Below are positions 18,964 to 28,442 of a DNA stretch of 32,000 nucleotides, in pieces (positions within the stretch are counted from its first letter, which is position 1; each line of letters starts with the position of its first letter). The notes below the pieces were generated by a model. The model saw only the letters and a program-made list of their open reading frames with translations. It made no database searches and was not told the DNA's origin. Made by a program: the position numbers and the translations under genes. The DNA comes from Rhodothalassiaceae bacterium (lineage in GTDB: Bacteria > Pseudomonadota > Alphaproteobacteria > Sphingomonadales > Rhodothalassiaceae): the NCBI GenBank assembly GCA_026004935.1, contig BPKC01000001.1, forward strand, positions 1,123,491-1,155,490, in the 5' to 3' direction.

Positions 18964-19320
18964 ATGAGCAAGCATGACGAACTTTTCGAGCGGCGTCGTC
19001 GGCGCACGCGCTACAAGCTCCGGCTGAAGGCGGCCGGACGCCCGCGGCTTTCGGTCCACCGCTCGAACAAGCACATCTACGCCCAGGTGATCGACGATGC
19101 GGCCGGGCGCACGCTCGCCTTCGCCTCGACGCTGGATGAATCGCTGCGCGGGAAGTTCGGCTGCACGATCGAGGGCGCGAAGGCCGTCGGCAAGCTGATC
19201 GCCGAGCGCGCGAAGGCGGCGGGGGTGGAAGCCGTGGTCTTCGATCGCGGCGGCTACATCTATCACGGCCGCGTGAAGGCGCTGGCCGAGGCCGCGCGCG
19301 AGGGCGGTCTCAAATTCTGA
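18964..19320 (+). CDS. rplR: 50S ribosomal protein L18 (118 aa)
   Basis: [58 protein letters not shown]...[26 protein letters not shown]. Confidence 0.98.
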   Translation: MSKHDELFERRRRRTRYKLRLKAAGRPRLSVHRSNKHIYAQVIDDAAGRTLAFASTLDESLRGKFGCTIEGAKAVGKLIAERAKAAGVEAVVFDRGGYIYHGRVKALAEAAREGGLKF

Positions 19321-19378
19321 CGGGTGAGGTCGGCGCCGGCCCGGCCGGCGCGATGGCAGGACAAGAGGAAGACGAGGA

Positions 19379-19936
19379 ATGGCACGGCCGAGAGCGGCGG
19401 AGCGCGAGGACAGCCAGTTCATCGAGAAGCTCGTCCACATCAACCGCGTGGCGAAGGTGGTCAAGGGCGGGCGGCGCTTCGGATTTGCGGCGCTGGTGGT
19501 GGTCGGCGACGGGCGCGGGCGCGTGGGCTTCGGCCACGGCAAGGCGCGCGAGGTGCCCGAGGCCATCCGCAAGGCGACCGAGGCGGCCAAGCGTGCGATG
19601 ATCCGGGTGCCGCTGCGCGAGGGCCGCACACTCCATCACGACAGCACCGGCCATCATGACGCCGGCCGCGTGATCGTGCGCTCGGCCGAGCCCGGCACCG
19701 GAATCATCGCGGGCGGCCCCATGCGCGCGGTTTTCGAGGCGCTCGGGATTCAGGACGTGGTGGCGAAATCGCTCGGCACCTCCAATCCCTACAACATGGT
19801 CCGCGCCACCTTCGATGCGCTGAAGCGCCAGGCGAGCCCGCGCCAGATCGCGGCACGGCGGGGGCTCAAGGTCGGCGAGCTGGTGGCGCGCCGCGCGGCG
19901 GTCGAAGGTCGTCAGAGCGAGCAGGAGAACGGCTGA
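19379..19936 (+). CDS. rpsE: 30S ribosomal protein S5 (185 aa)
   Basis: [75 protein letters not shown]. Confidence 0.98.
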   Translation: MARPRAAEREDSQFIEKLVHINRVAKVVKGGRRFGFAALVVVGDGRGRVGFGHGKAREVPEAIRKATEAAKRAMIRVPLREGRTLHHDSTGHHDAGRVIVRSAEPGTGIIAGGPMRAVFEALGIQDVVAKSLGTSNPYNMVRATFDALKRQASPRQIAARRGLKVGELVARRAAVEGRQSEQENG

Positions 19937-20130
19937 TGGCGGCAAACAAGGACAGGCGGATCCGCGTCACGCAGATCGGCAGCCCCATCCGGCGCCGCAA
20001 GGACCAGCGGGCGACCCTGATCGGGCTCGGCCTCAACAGGATGAACCGCACGCGCCTGCTGCCCGACACCCCGGCGGTGCGCGGCATGATCGCCAAGGTC
20101 CGGCACCTCGTGCGGGTGGAGGAAGTCTGA
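19936..20130 (+). CDS. rpmD: 50S ribosomal protein L30 (64 aa)
   Basis: [57 protein letters not shown]; TGATG overlap with rpsE. Confidence 0.96.
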   Translation: MAANKDRRIRVTQIGSPIRRRKDQRATLIGLGLNRMNRTRLLPDTPAVRGMIAKVRHLVRVEEV

Positions 20131-20173
20131 AGGGGCCCCGGCCCGGCAGACACGGGATGTGAGGAAGACAGTC

Positions 20174-20671
20174 ATGCGGCTGAACGAGCTCAAGGATCGC
20201 CCCGGTGCGCGCCGCAACCGGATCCGGGTCGGGCGCGGCATCGGCTCGGGCAAGGGCAAGACCGCCGGGCGCGGCCACAAGGGTGCGAAGGCGCGCGCGG
20301 GCACCAGCATCAACGGCTTCGAAGGCGGCCAGATGCCGATTCACCGCCGGATGCCGAAGCGCGGCTTCAACCCGCTGCGGCGCAAGCAGGTGGCGCTCGT
20401 GAATCTGGGGCGTCTGCAGGACGCCATCACGCGCGGCCGGATCGATGCGGGCAAGCCCATCGACGAAGAGGTGCTGCGCGCGGCCGGCCTGATCGACAAG
20501 GCGCGCGACGGCATCCGCCTGCTCGCGAAGGGCGAGCTCAAGACGAAGATCGAGATCACCGTCGATCATGCCTCCGCAGCCGCGCTGAAGGCGGTCGAGG
20601 CGCTGGGCGGAAAGGTGCATCTGCGTGCCGGCGCCGCGGCGGAGGAGACCGCGGGGGCGCAGCAGGACTGA
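20174..20671 (+). CDS. rplO: 50S ribosomal protein L15 (165 aa)
   Basis: [65 protein letters not shown]; start at ATG 20174 rather than upstream GTG 20159. Confidence 0.96.
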   Translation: MRLNELKDRPGARRNRIRVGRGIGSGKGKTAGRGHKGAKARAGTSINGFEGGQMPIHRRMPKRGFNPLRRKQVALVNLGRLQDAITRGRIDAGKPIDEEVLRAAGLIDKARDGIRLLAKGELKTKIEITVDHASAAALKAVEALGGKVHLRAGAAAEETAGAQQD

Positions 20672-20761
20672 GGATGACGCGCGTGGCGCCGGCCGCCGCG
20701 CGCAGGGATGATCGGCGGCGGGAGGGCTCGTTCCTTCCGCAAGAAGGATGAAGCAGGCAGC

Positions 20762-22093
20762 ATGGTCTCGGCGGCGGAACAGCTGGCGCGCAACTTCAGC
20801 TGGGGCACCTTCGCGAAAGCGGAGGAGCTCAAGAAGCGCCTGTGGTTCACGCTGGGGGCGCTCGTCGTCTACCGGCTGCTCACCTACGTGCCGCTTCCCG
20901 GCATCGATCCGACCGCGCTGGCCCAGTTCTTCCAGCGCACGGCGGGCGGCGTCGTCGATCTCTTCAACATGTTCGCCGGCGGGGCGCTGGAGCGCATGTC
21001 GATCGTGGCGCTCGGCATCATGCCCTATATTTCGGCCTCGATCATCATGCAGCTGCTGACCTCCATGTCGCCGCAGCTGGCGGAGCTGAAGAAGGAGGGC
21101 GAGGTCGGCCGCAAGAAGATCAACCAGTACACCCGTTACGGCACGGTGCTGCTCACCGCCATCCAGGGCTACGGCCTTGCGCGGGCGCTCGAATCCCAGG
21201 GGCTCGTGCTCGATCCCGGGCTGTTCTTCGAGGCCTCGGCCGTGATCACGCTGGTGGGCGGGACGATGTTCCTCATGTGGCTCGGCGAGCAGATCACCCA
21301 GCGCGGCGTCGGCAACGGCATCTCGCTCATCATCTATGCCGGCATCGTCGCCGCGCTGCCGCGGGCGATCGCCCAGGCGCTGGAACTCGGCCGGCAGGGC
21401 ATTCTCTCGCCGATCGGGATCGTTCTGCTCCTGATCGGCGTCGTCGCGCTGATCGCCTTCATCGTGTTCGTCGAGCGTGCCCAGCGCCGCATCACGATCC
21501 AGTATCCCAAGCGCCAGGTCGGCAATCGTCTGTTCCAGGGAGACACATCCCACCTGCCCCTGAAACTCAACACCTCGGGCGTGATCCCGCCGATCTTCGC
21601 AAGCTCGCTTCTGCTGATGCCGGCCACCATCGGCCAGTTCGCGGGCTCGGGCGGGCCGGAGTGGCTGACCTATGTGACGGCCATCCTGGGCCACGGCCAG
21701 CCGCTCTACATCCTGCTCTATGCCCTCGGCATCATCTTCTTCGCCTTCTTCTACACCGCCGTCATCTTCAATCCGGAGGAGACCGCCGACAATCTGAAGC
21801 AGCACGGCGGCTTCATCCCCGGCATCCGTCCGGGCAAGCGCACCGCGGAGTATCTCGACCACGTGCTGACACGGCTGACGGCGGCCGGCTCCATCTATCT
21901 TGCGATCGTCTGCATCATTCCCGAGATTCTGATCGCGCGCTACCAGATCCCCTTCTATCTGGGTGGCACCAGCCTGCTGATCGTGGTCTCGGTGACGATG
22001 GACACGATCACCCAGATCCATTCCCATCTGCTCGCCCACCAATACGAGGGCCTGCTCAAGAAGGCCCGGCTGAAGGGAGGCCGCATGCGATGA
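20762..22093 (+). CDS. secY: Preprotein translocase subunit SecY (443 aa)
   Basis: RLLTYVPLPGIDPTALAQFFQ...FNMFAGGALERMSIVALGIMPYISASIIMQLLTSMSPQL..., multiple hydrophobic segments; start placed at ATG 20762 inside ORF 20708..22093. Confidence 0.97.
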   Translation: MVSAAEQLARNFSWGTFAKAEELKKRLWFTLGALVVYRLLTYVPLPGIDPTALAQFFQRTAGGVVDLFNMFAGGALERMSIVALGIMPYISASIIMQLLTSMSPQLAELKKEGEVGRKKINQYTRYGTVLLTAIQGYGLARALESQGLVLDPGLFFEASAVITLVGGTMFLMWLGEQITQRGVGNGISLIIYAGIVAALPRAIAQALELGRQGILSPIGIVLLLIGVVALIAFIVFVERAQRRITIQYPKRQVGNRLFQGDTSHLPLKLNTSGVIPPIFASSLLLMPATIGQFAGSGGPEWLTYVTAILGHGQPLYILLYALGIIFFAFFYTAVIFNPEETADNLKQHGGFIPGIRPGKRTAEYLDHVLTRLTAAGSIYLAIVCIIPEILIARYQIPFYLGGTSLLIVVSVTMDTITQIHSHLLAHQYEGLLKKARLKGGRMR

Positions 22094-22776
22094 TCATCAT
22101 TCTTCTGGGACCGCCGGGCGCCGGCAAGGGCACCCAGGCCCAGCGGCTGGAGCGCGAACACGGCCTCAAGCAGCTCTCGACCGGCGACATGCTGCGAGCG
22201 GCCGCGAAGTCGGGCACCGAGATCGGCCTCAAGGCCAAGGCGGTGATGGACCGGGGCGAGCTGGTCAGCGACGAGATCGTCGTCCAGATCATCGCCGAGG
22301 CGTTGACGCGCGACGAATGCGCGAACGGCTACATCCTGGATGGTTTCCCGCGCACGCTCGCCCAGGCGGGCGCGCTGGACGCGATGCTCGAGGAGCGCGG
22401 CAAGCGGCTCGATGCCGTGGTCGAGATCGTCGTGCCCGAGGAGCTCGTCGTCGAGCGGATTTCGGGGCGCTTCATCTGCGCGAAATGCGGGGCGACCTAT
22501 CACGACAAGTACCGCCTGCCGAAGAACGACATGGTCTGCGACGTCTGCGGCTCGGAGGAGTTCGTGCGCCGTGACGACGACCGGCCCGAGGCGGTGCGCG
22601 AGCGGCTCAAGGCCTACCGCGCCCAGACCGAACCACTGCTGCCGTACTACCGCGAGCGCGGCGTGCTGATCCAGGTCGACGGCAGCGGCAGCGTCGAGGA
22701 GGTGGCCCGCGCGATCGACGAGGCGCTGGGCATCACGGACCTCAGGCCCCCCGCCTGCGCAGGCGGCGAGGGGTGA
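22090..22776 (+). CDS. adk: Adenylate kinase (228 aa) with four-cysteine LID
   Basis: [39 protein letters not shown]...[14 protein letters not shown]; CAKC...CDVC LID; ATGA overlap with secY. Listed only inside the longer ORF 20842..22776. Confidence 0.97.
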   Translation: [228 protein letters not shown]

Positions 22777-22783
22777 GGAAGTG

Positions 22784-22812
22784 TTGACCTTCGTCGGGAA
22801 TTGCGGTAAGCG
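22784..22812 (+). promoter_or_regulatory. Candidate promoter for rpsM-rpsK-rpoA-rplQ
   Basis: TTGACC (22784-22789), 17-nt spacer, TAAGCG (22807-22812) in the ~150-nt adk-rpsM spacer; -10 match is weak. Confidence 0.35.
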
Positions 22813-22928
22813 CGCCGGCGCTCGGTGGCGGCCGACGCATCCCGCGAAGGTGACGATCACGAAGGCGACAGGCGGCAGATCGGGATCTGCCGCCGTCATG
22901 TCAGTCGGCGAGACGGGAGAACGGTAAC

Positions 22929-23297
22929 GTGGCGCGCATTGCTGGTGTCAACATTCCGACCGACAAGAGGGTCGAGATCGCGCTGACCTACATCTACGGG
23001 ATCGGGCGCACGCGGGCGAAGGAGATCTGCCGGGCGCTCGGGATTCCGGAAGAGCGGCGCGTGCGGGATCTTTCGGAACCCGAGGTCATCCGGATCCGCG
23101 AGTACATTGACGACCACTTCGTGGTGGAAGGCGATCTCCGGCGCGAGGTCGCCATGAACATCAAGCGGCTGATGGACCTCGGCTGCTATCGCGGGCTGCG
23201 CCACCGCAAGGGTCTGCCGGTGCGCGGCCAGCGCACCCACACCAACGCCCGCACGCGCAAGGGCAAGGCGAAGCCGATCGCCGGCAAGAAGAAGTAA
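22929..23297 (+). CDS. rpsM: 30S ribosomal protein S13 (122 aa)
   Basis: [39 protein letters not shown]...[34 protein letters not shown]. Confidence 0.99.
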   Translation: MARIAGVNIPTDKRVEIALTYIYGIGRTRAKEICRALGIPEERRVRDLSEPEVIRIREYIDDHFVVEGDLRREVAMNIKRLMDLGCYRGLRHRKGLPVRGQRTHTNARTRKGKAKPIAGKKK

Positions 23298-23301
23298 GCG
23301 G

Positions 23302-23340
23302 CCGCCGTTCCGCTCCCGGCAGCCGGGGAAGGAACGGCGG
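23302..23340 (+). other. Strong intergenic hairpin between rpsM and rpsK (possible attenuator, processing or regulatory element)
   Basis: CCGCCGTTCC (23302-23311) perfectly complementary to GGAACGGCGG (23331-23340), enclosing CCCGG/CCGGG inner stem; no U-tract. Confidence 0.55.
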
Positions 23341-23413
23341 ATCCAGCAATGCACGCCCGTCCGCCATCCCGAGCGGCCGGGCGGTGCCCGGAGAAACGAG
23401 AGTCGAGGACGCC

Positions 23414-23803
23414 ATGGCCAAGGAATCGACGCGACTGAAGCGGCGCGAGCGCAAGAACATCACGCGCGCGGTTGCGCATATCAGCGCCACCTTCAACAAC
23501 ACGATGATCACCATCACCGACCAGCAGGGCAACACGATCGCCTGGTCGTCGGCGGGCGCGAGCGGGTTCAAGGGTTCGCGCAAATCCACCCCCTATGCGG
23601 CGCAGGTCGCGGCCGAGGCGGCGGGGCGCAAGGCCCAGGAGCACGGCGTCAAGGAGATGGCGATCGAGGTCAAGGGCCCGGGCTCCGGGCGCGAGTCGGC
23701 GATCCGCGCGCTTGCGGGCCTCGGCTTCGTGATCACCTCGATCCGCGACGTGACACCCATTCCGCACAACGGCTGCCGCCCGCGCAAGCGGCGCCGCGTG
23801 TGA
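23414..23803 (+). CDS. rpsK: 30S ribosomal protein S11 (129 aa)
   Basis: [68 protein letters not shown]...[28 protein letters not shown]. Confidence 0.98.
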   Translation: MAKESTRLKRRERKNITRAVAHISATFNNTMITITDQQGNTIAWSSAGASGFKGSRKSTPYAAQVAAEAAGRKAQEHGVKEMAIEVKGPGSGRESAIRALAGLGFVITSIRDVTPIPHNGCRPRKRRRV

Positions 23804-23879
23804 CGGGGCGAGGTTGCCGAGCACCGGTCCGCGCCATGGCGGCCGCGGGCCAGCAGACGAAGAATGCGAGGTCAAGACC

Positions 23880-24896
23880 GTGATTCACAAGAACTGGCAG
23901 GCACTGATCAAGCCGAGCAAGATCGACATCATCCCGGGCGCGGATCCCGCGCGCCGCGCCAAGCTCGTCGTCGAGCCGCTCGAGCGCGGGTTTGGCACGA
24001 CGCTGGGCAACGCGCTGCGCCGGGTGCTGCTGTCCTCGCTGCAGGGCGGTGCGGTGACCGCGATCCAGATAGAGGGGGTGCTGCACGAGTTCTCCTCGAT
24101 CCCCGGCGTGCGCGAGGACGTCACCGACATCGTTCTCAACGTCAAGCAGATCCCGATCCGGGTGAACGTGGAGGGCACGAAGCGCCTGCATCTCACGGCC
24201 ACGGGGCCGGGCGAGGTGACGGCCGGGCAGATCCAGGAGGTCGCGGGCGTCGAGATCCTCGACAAGGATCTCGTGATCTGCACGCTCGATGAGAACACGA
24301 CGATCAACATGGAGCTCTACGTCGCCTCGGGGAAGGGCTACGTCCCGGCCGAGCGCAACCGGCCCGACGATGCGCCCATCGGGCTGATTCCGGTCGATTC
24401 CATCTTCTCGCCGGTGAAAAGGGTCGCCTACCGCGTCGAGAACACGCGCGAGGGCCAGATCCTCGACTACGACAAGCTGACCCTCGAGGTGGAGACCGAC
24501 GGCACGGTCAGTCCCGAGGATGCCGTGGCCTATGCCGCGCGGATTCTTCAGGACCAGCTCCAGATCTTCATCAATTTCGAGGAGCCGCGCCGTCTCGAGG
24601 AGCGCCGCGAAGAGGAGGCGCTTCCCTTCAATCCGAACCTGCTTCGGCGGGTGGACGAGCTCGAACTGTCGGTGCGTTCGGCGAACTGCCTCAAGAACGA
24701 GAACATCGTCTACATCGGCGATCTCGTGCAGAAGACCGAGGCGGAGATGCTGCGCACCCCGAACTTCGGGCGCAAATCCTTGAACGAGATCAAGGAGGTC
24801 CTCGCGCAGATGGGGCTCAAGCTCGGCATGGAGGTGCCCGGCTGGCCGCCGGAGAACATCGAGGAACTCGCAAAGAAGCTGGAAACCGAATACTGA
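23880..24896 (+). CDS. rpoA: DNA-directed RNA polymerase subunit alpha (338 aa, GTG start)
   Basis: (V)[16 protein letters not shown]...[61 protein letters not shown]...C-terminal domain [31 protein letters not shown]. Confidence 0.97.
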   Translation: MIHKNWQALIKPSKIDIIPGADPARRAKLVVEPLERGFGTTLGNALRRVLLSSLQGGAVTAIQIEGVLHEFSSIPGVREDVTDIVLNVKQIPIRVNVEGTKRLHLTATGPGEVTAGQIQEVAGVEILDKDLVICTLDENTTINMELYVASGKGYVPAERNRPDDAPIGLIPVDSIFSPVKRVAYRVENTREGQILDYDKLTLEVETDGTVSPEDAVAYAARILQDQLQIFINFEEPRRLEERREEEALPFNPNLLRRVDELELSVRSANCLKNENIVYIGDLVQKTEAEMLRTPNFGRKSLNEIKEVLAQMGLKLGMEVPGWPPENIEELAKKLETEY

Positions 24897-24950
24897 CCGG
24901 GCCGCCCGGCGGCGGTGACGCCGGCGAGCCGGGCGAAGGGGAGACGAGCC

Positions 24951-25361
24951 ATGCGGCACAGGAACGCGGGACGCAAGCTCAACCGCACGAGCGAGCATCG
25001 GCGCGCGCTGCTGATGAACCTCGCCAAGTCGCTGATCCGCCACGAGCAGATCACGACGACGCTGGCCAAGGGCAAGGAGCTCAGGCCCCATGTCGAGAAG
25101 CTGATCACCAGGGCCAAGAAGGGCGGGCTTGCCAACCGCCGTCTGGTGCTGGCGAAGCTTCAGGACGAGGAGATGACGCGCAAGCTCTTCGGCGAGCTCG
25201 CCGAGCGCTACAGGGATCGCCCGGGCGGCTATGTGCGGGTGCTGAAGGCGGGCTTCCGCCAGGGCGACAATGCGCCGATGGCCATCGTCGAGCTGGTCGA
25301 CCGCAATCCCGAAGCCAAGGGGGCGGGCGAGCGCGCGGTCGAGGAGGCCGAGGCCGCCTGA
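24951..25361 (+). CDS. rplQ: 50S ribosomal protein L17 (136 aa)
   Basis: [56 protein letters not shown]; start at internal ATG of ORF 24915..25361. Confidence 0.98.
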   Translation: MRHRNAGRKLNRTSEHRRALLMNLAKSLIRHEQITTTLAKGKELRPHVEKLITRAKKGGLANRRLVLAKLQDEEMTRKLFGELAERYRDRPGGYVRVLKAGFRQGDNAPMAIVELVDRNPEAKGAGERAVEEAEAA

Positions 25362-25392
25362 GAGCTGCGGACGACGACGGCATGCGTTCTGG

Positions 25393-25423
25393 CGCCCGCT
25401 CTGCCGCATCCGCAGGGCGGGCG
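25393..25423 (+). terminator. Terminator-like hairpin downstream of rplQ
   Basis: CGCCCGCTCTGC (25393-25404) pairs with GCAGGGCGGGCG (25412-25423), 12-bp stem incl. one G.U, 7-nt loop; weak T enrichment downstream. Confidence 0.6.
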
Positions 25424-25498
25424 TCGTGTCATTATCGCCCCTTGCCGCTTTCTCGCCGCGATATCCCGGCACGGCATGAGGGGCGGACCCGGCGCGCC

Positions 25499-25526
25499 TT
25501 GCGCGGCGGCCGGCAGCTGATATAGG
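25499..25526 (+). promoter_or_regulatory. Candidate promoter for the HtrA-family gene (and rarA)
   Basis: TTGCGC (25499-25504), 16-nt spacer, TATAGG (25521-25526), ~43 nt upstream of the CDS start and downstream of the rplQ hairpin. Confidence 0.35.
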
Positions 25527-25568
25527 CCGGAAAGCCGGCTCGGCAGGTACAGGAAGGGAACTCGGGTC

Positions 25569-27044
25569 ATGCGGGCGGGACGCGCAGGGGCGGTCGTGCG
25601 CCATCTCGGGGTGGCTCTGCTGCTCGGCCTTGCGGCCGCGGGCGGAGCGCCGGCGGCAGCTCAGCAGACAGCCGTGGTGCCGACCGGCATGGCCGAGGTC
25701 CGGCTGAGCTTCGCGCCGGTCGTCAAGAAGGTCGCGCCGGCGGTCGTAAACATCTATGCGGCGCGCAAGGTCGTCGTGCGTTCCCCGCTCTTCGCCGATC
25801 CCTTCTTCCAGCGCTTTCTGGGGCGCGACTTCGCATTCGGGATGCCCCGCGAACGGATCGAGCGCTCGCTGGGCTCCGGCGTGCTCGTGCGCGAGGACGG
25901 CCTCGTCGTCACCAACACCCATGTCATCGGCGAAGCCGACGTCATCCGCGTCGTGCTGGCGGACCGGCGCGAATTCGACGCGCAGGTGCTGCTCGCCGAC
26001 AAGCGCACCGATCTCGCCGTTCTGAGACTGAAGGTGGAAGGTGACGTGCGGTTTCCCGTCGTTCCGCTTGGCGACTCGGATGCCGTCGAGGTCGGCGACA
26101 TCGTGCTCGCCATCGGCAACCCCTTCGGCATCGGCCAGACGGTGACTTCCGGCATCATCTCGGCGACCGCCCGCACCAACATCGGCACCTCCGATTTCGG
26201 CTTCTATCTGCAGACGGATGCCGCCATCAATCCGGGCAATTCGGGCGGCGCGCTGGTCGGACTGGACGGTCGGCTGGTCGGCATCAACGCCGCGATCTTC
26301 TCGCGCACCGGAGAATCGGCCGGCATCGGCTTCGCCATTCCCGTCAACATGGTGAAGGCGGTGCTGATGGCCGCGACCCATGGCGGCGAGCTCGTGCGCA
26401 ACTGGCTCGGCGCCGCCTATCAACCGGTGACCCCCGATCTCGCCGAGGCGCTCGGGCTCGACCGGCCCGGCGGCGTGCTCGTGCGCATGCTGGCCGCAGA
26501 CGGGCCCGGCGCGCGCGCGGGTTTGAGCGAAGGCGACGTGATCATCGCGGTGAACGGCCACGAGGTCCTCGACGAGGCGGCGCTCAAGTTCCGGCTTGCC
26601 ACCTATCCCGCCGGCAGCCGCGTGACGCTCACGATCCTGCGCGAAGGACGCAAACTCGAGCTTCCCGTCGTGCTCGAGCCGCTGCCGGATGCGCCGCCGC
26701 CCGAGCCCACTACGCTGAAGGGCCGCAATCCCTTCCAGGGGGTGACCTTCGGCAATCTCTCCCCGCGGCTCGCGGACCGGCTGGGCATCGATCCCCTCAC
26801 CCGCGGTGTCGTGGTGCTCAAGGTCGACCCGCGGGCGCCGGCGGCCCAGCTCGGCTGGCTGCGGCCGGGCGATATCGTCGAGCAGGCGGCCGGGCGCGAC
26901 ATCCGCTCTGTCGCGGATCTCGCCGCGCTCGACGAGCAGGAGGGCTGGGACCGCTGGCCCTTCCGGGTGCGCCGCGGGCGCGAGCGGCTCGCCTGCGTCG
27001 TCTACCGCTCGGGCGCGGTGGACTGCCGCTCGGGCCCGATCTGA
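25569..27044 (+). CDS. Periplasmic trypsin-like serine protease of the HtrA/Deg (DegP/DegQ-like) family with PDZ domains (491 aa)
   Basis: Signal peptide-like N-terminus (VVRHLGVALLLGLAAAGGAPAAAQQ), triad motifs VVTNTHVIG, DKRTDLAVLRL, AAINPGNSGGALV, followed by PDZ-like GARAGLSEGDVIIAVNGHEV and a second PDZ-like APAAQLGWLRPGDIVEQAAGRDI. Confidence 0.93.
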   Translation: MRAGRAGAVVRHLGVALLLGLAAAGGAPAAAQQTAVVPTGMAEVRLSFAPVVKKVAPAVVNIYAARKVVVRSPLFADPFFQRFLGRDFAFGMPRERIERSLGSGVLVREDGLVVTNTHVIGEADVIRVVLADRREFDAQVLLADKRTDLAVLRLKVEGDVRFPVVPLGDSDAVEVGDIVLAIGNPFGIGQTVTSGIISATARTNIGTSDFGFYLQTDAAINPGNSGGALVGLDGRLVGINAAIFSRTGESAGIGFAIPVNMVKAVLMAATHGGELVRNWLGAAYQPVTPDLAEALGLDRPGGVLVRMLAADGPGARAGLSEGDVIIAVNGHEVLDEAALKFRLATYPAGSRVTLTILREGRKLELPVVLEPLPDAPPPEPTTLKGRNPFQGVTFGNLSPRLADRLGIDPLTRGVVVLKVDPRAPAAQLGWLRPGDIVEQAAGRDIRSVADLAALDEQEGWDRWPFRVRRGRERLACVVYRSGAVDCRSGPI

Positions 27045-27050
27045 TCCGGC

Positions 27051-28433
27051 ATGGGTGATCTGTTCGAGAAGGACGCCGGTGCGGGTGGCCGCGGCATGCC
27101 GCCGCCGGGCGCGCCGCTCGCCGAACGCCTGCGGCCGCGCCGGCTCGACGAGATCATCGGCCAGGAGCATCTGACGGCACCCGGCGCCCCGCTCGCCCGG
27201 ATCATCGAAGCCGGCAATCCGCCCTCGCTGCTGCTCTGGGGGCCGCCGGGCACCGGCAAGACGACGATCGCGCGTCTGCTCGCGGATCTGCCGGGCTACC
27301 GCTTTCACGCGCTGAGCGCCATCGAAAGCGGCGTGAAGGAACTCAAGGCCGTCTTCGCCGAGGCCGAGCGGCTGATCGCCGCCGGCAGCCGCCTCATGCT
27401 CTTCGTCGACGAGATTCACCGCTTCAACCGCGCCCAGCAGGACGCCTTCCTGCGCGTGGTCGAGGAGGGCGTCGTCACCCTCGTCGGCGCGACGACCGAA
27501 AACCCCGGCTTCGTGCTGAACGCGGCGCTCCTCTCGCGGCTGACCGTGCTCGTGCTGCGTCCGCTTGACGAGAAGGCGCTGGGCAAGCTGCTTCGGCGCG
27601 CCGAGGAGGCGCTCAGGGAGCCGCTGGCGCTCGGGCAGGAGGCGCGGACCGCGCTGCTGGCCATGGCCGGCGGGGATGCGCGGGCGCTGTTCAACATGGT
27701 GGAGCTCGTGGCGCGCGCCGGCGCTCATGGGGAAGGCTTCGAGACGGCGGAGGATCTCGCCCGTCTCTTCAGCCGGCGGCCGCTCGCCCACGACCGCGAC
27801 CGGGATCAGCACTACAATCTGATCTCCGCCTTCCACAAGGCGGTGCGGGGCTCTGATGTCGACGCCGCGCTCTACTGGCTCGCCCGCATGCTCGAGGCCG
27901 GCGAGGACCCGCGCTACATCGCCCGGCGCATGATCCGGATCGCGAGCGAGGACATCGGACTCGCCGCGCCCCAGGCGCTGGAGCAGGCGCTCGCGGCGGA
28001 CGCGGCCTATGAGCGGCTCGGCTCGCCGGAAGGGGAGCTCGCGCTCTTCCAGGCCGCCGTGTTTCTGGCCGGCGCACCGAAGTCGAACGCCGTCTATCGC
28101 GCGGAATCGGCCGCGCGCACGCTCGCGCGCCGCACCGCCGCTCTGCCGCCGCCGATGCACAGTCTCAACGCCCCGACGAAGCTGATGCGCGAGCTCGGCT
28201 ACGGCGCCGGCTACGCCTACGACCATGATGCGCCGGACGCCTTCGCCGGTCGCAACTACTTCCCGGACGGGTTGCCCCGCACACGGCTCTATCAGCCGAC
28301 GGACCGGGGCTTCGAGGCCCGGATCGCGGAGCGGCTCACCGAATGGGAACGCCGGCGGCGGGCGGCCGCCGAGAGCGGGGGCGCGGACAGCCGGGACGGG
28401 AAGGAAGAGGGTGACGAAAGCACGCCGGGCTGA
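27051..28433 (+). CDS. rarA: Replication-associated recombination protein A (AAA+ ATPase RarA/MgsA, 460 aa)
   Basis: [20 protein letters not shown], Walker [20 protein letters not shown], Walker [44 protein letters not shown]-terminal [22 protein letters not shown]. Confidence 0.95.
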   Translation: MGDLFEKDAGAGGRGMPPPGAPLAERLRPRRLDEIIGQEHLTAPGAPLARIIEAGNPPSLLLWGPPGTGKTTIARLLADLPGYRFHALSAIESGVKELKAVFAEAERLIAAGSRLMLFVDEIHRFNRAQQDAFLRVVEEGVVTLVGATTENPGFVLNAALLSRLTVLVLRPLDEKALGKLLRRAEEALREPLALGQEARTALLAMAGGDARALFNMVELVARAGAHGEGFETAEDLARLFSRRPLAHDRDRDQHYNLISAFHKAVRGSDVDAALYWLARMLEAGEDPRYIARRMIRIASEDIGLAAPQALEQALAADAAYERLGSPEGELALFQAAVFLAGAPKSNAVYRAESAARTLARRTAALPPPMHSLNAPTKLMRELGYGAGYAYDHDAPDAFAGRNYFPDGLPRTRLYQPTDRGFEARIAERLTEWERRRRAAAESGGADSRDGKEEGDESTPG

Positions 28434-28442
28434 CCGGCGGTT

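Noticed and set aside
20033-22042. 669-aa minus-strand ORF
   Set aside because: Antisense to rpmD/rplO/secY; no domain recognisable.
20842-22089. Long upstream extension of the adk ORF overlapping secY
   Set aside because: The +1-shifted frame of secY is open by GC bias only; adk begins at 22090 with the canonical P-loop N-terminus.
23733-28226. 1497-aa ORF on the minus strand
   Set aside because: Antisense to rpoA, rplQ, the HtrA-family gene and rarA, all with clear conserved protein motifs. The translation is repetitive His/Arg/Asp/Leu/Ala-rich with no recognisable domain, as expected for a high-GC shadow frame, and it crosses real intergenic regions.
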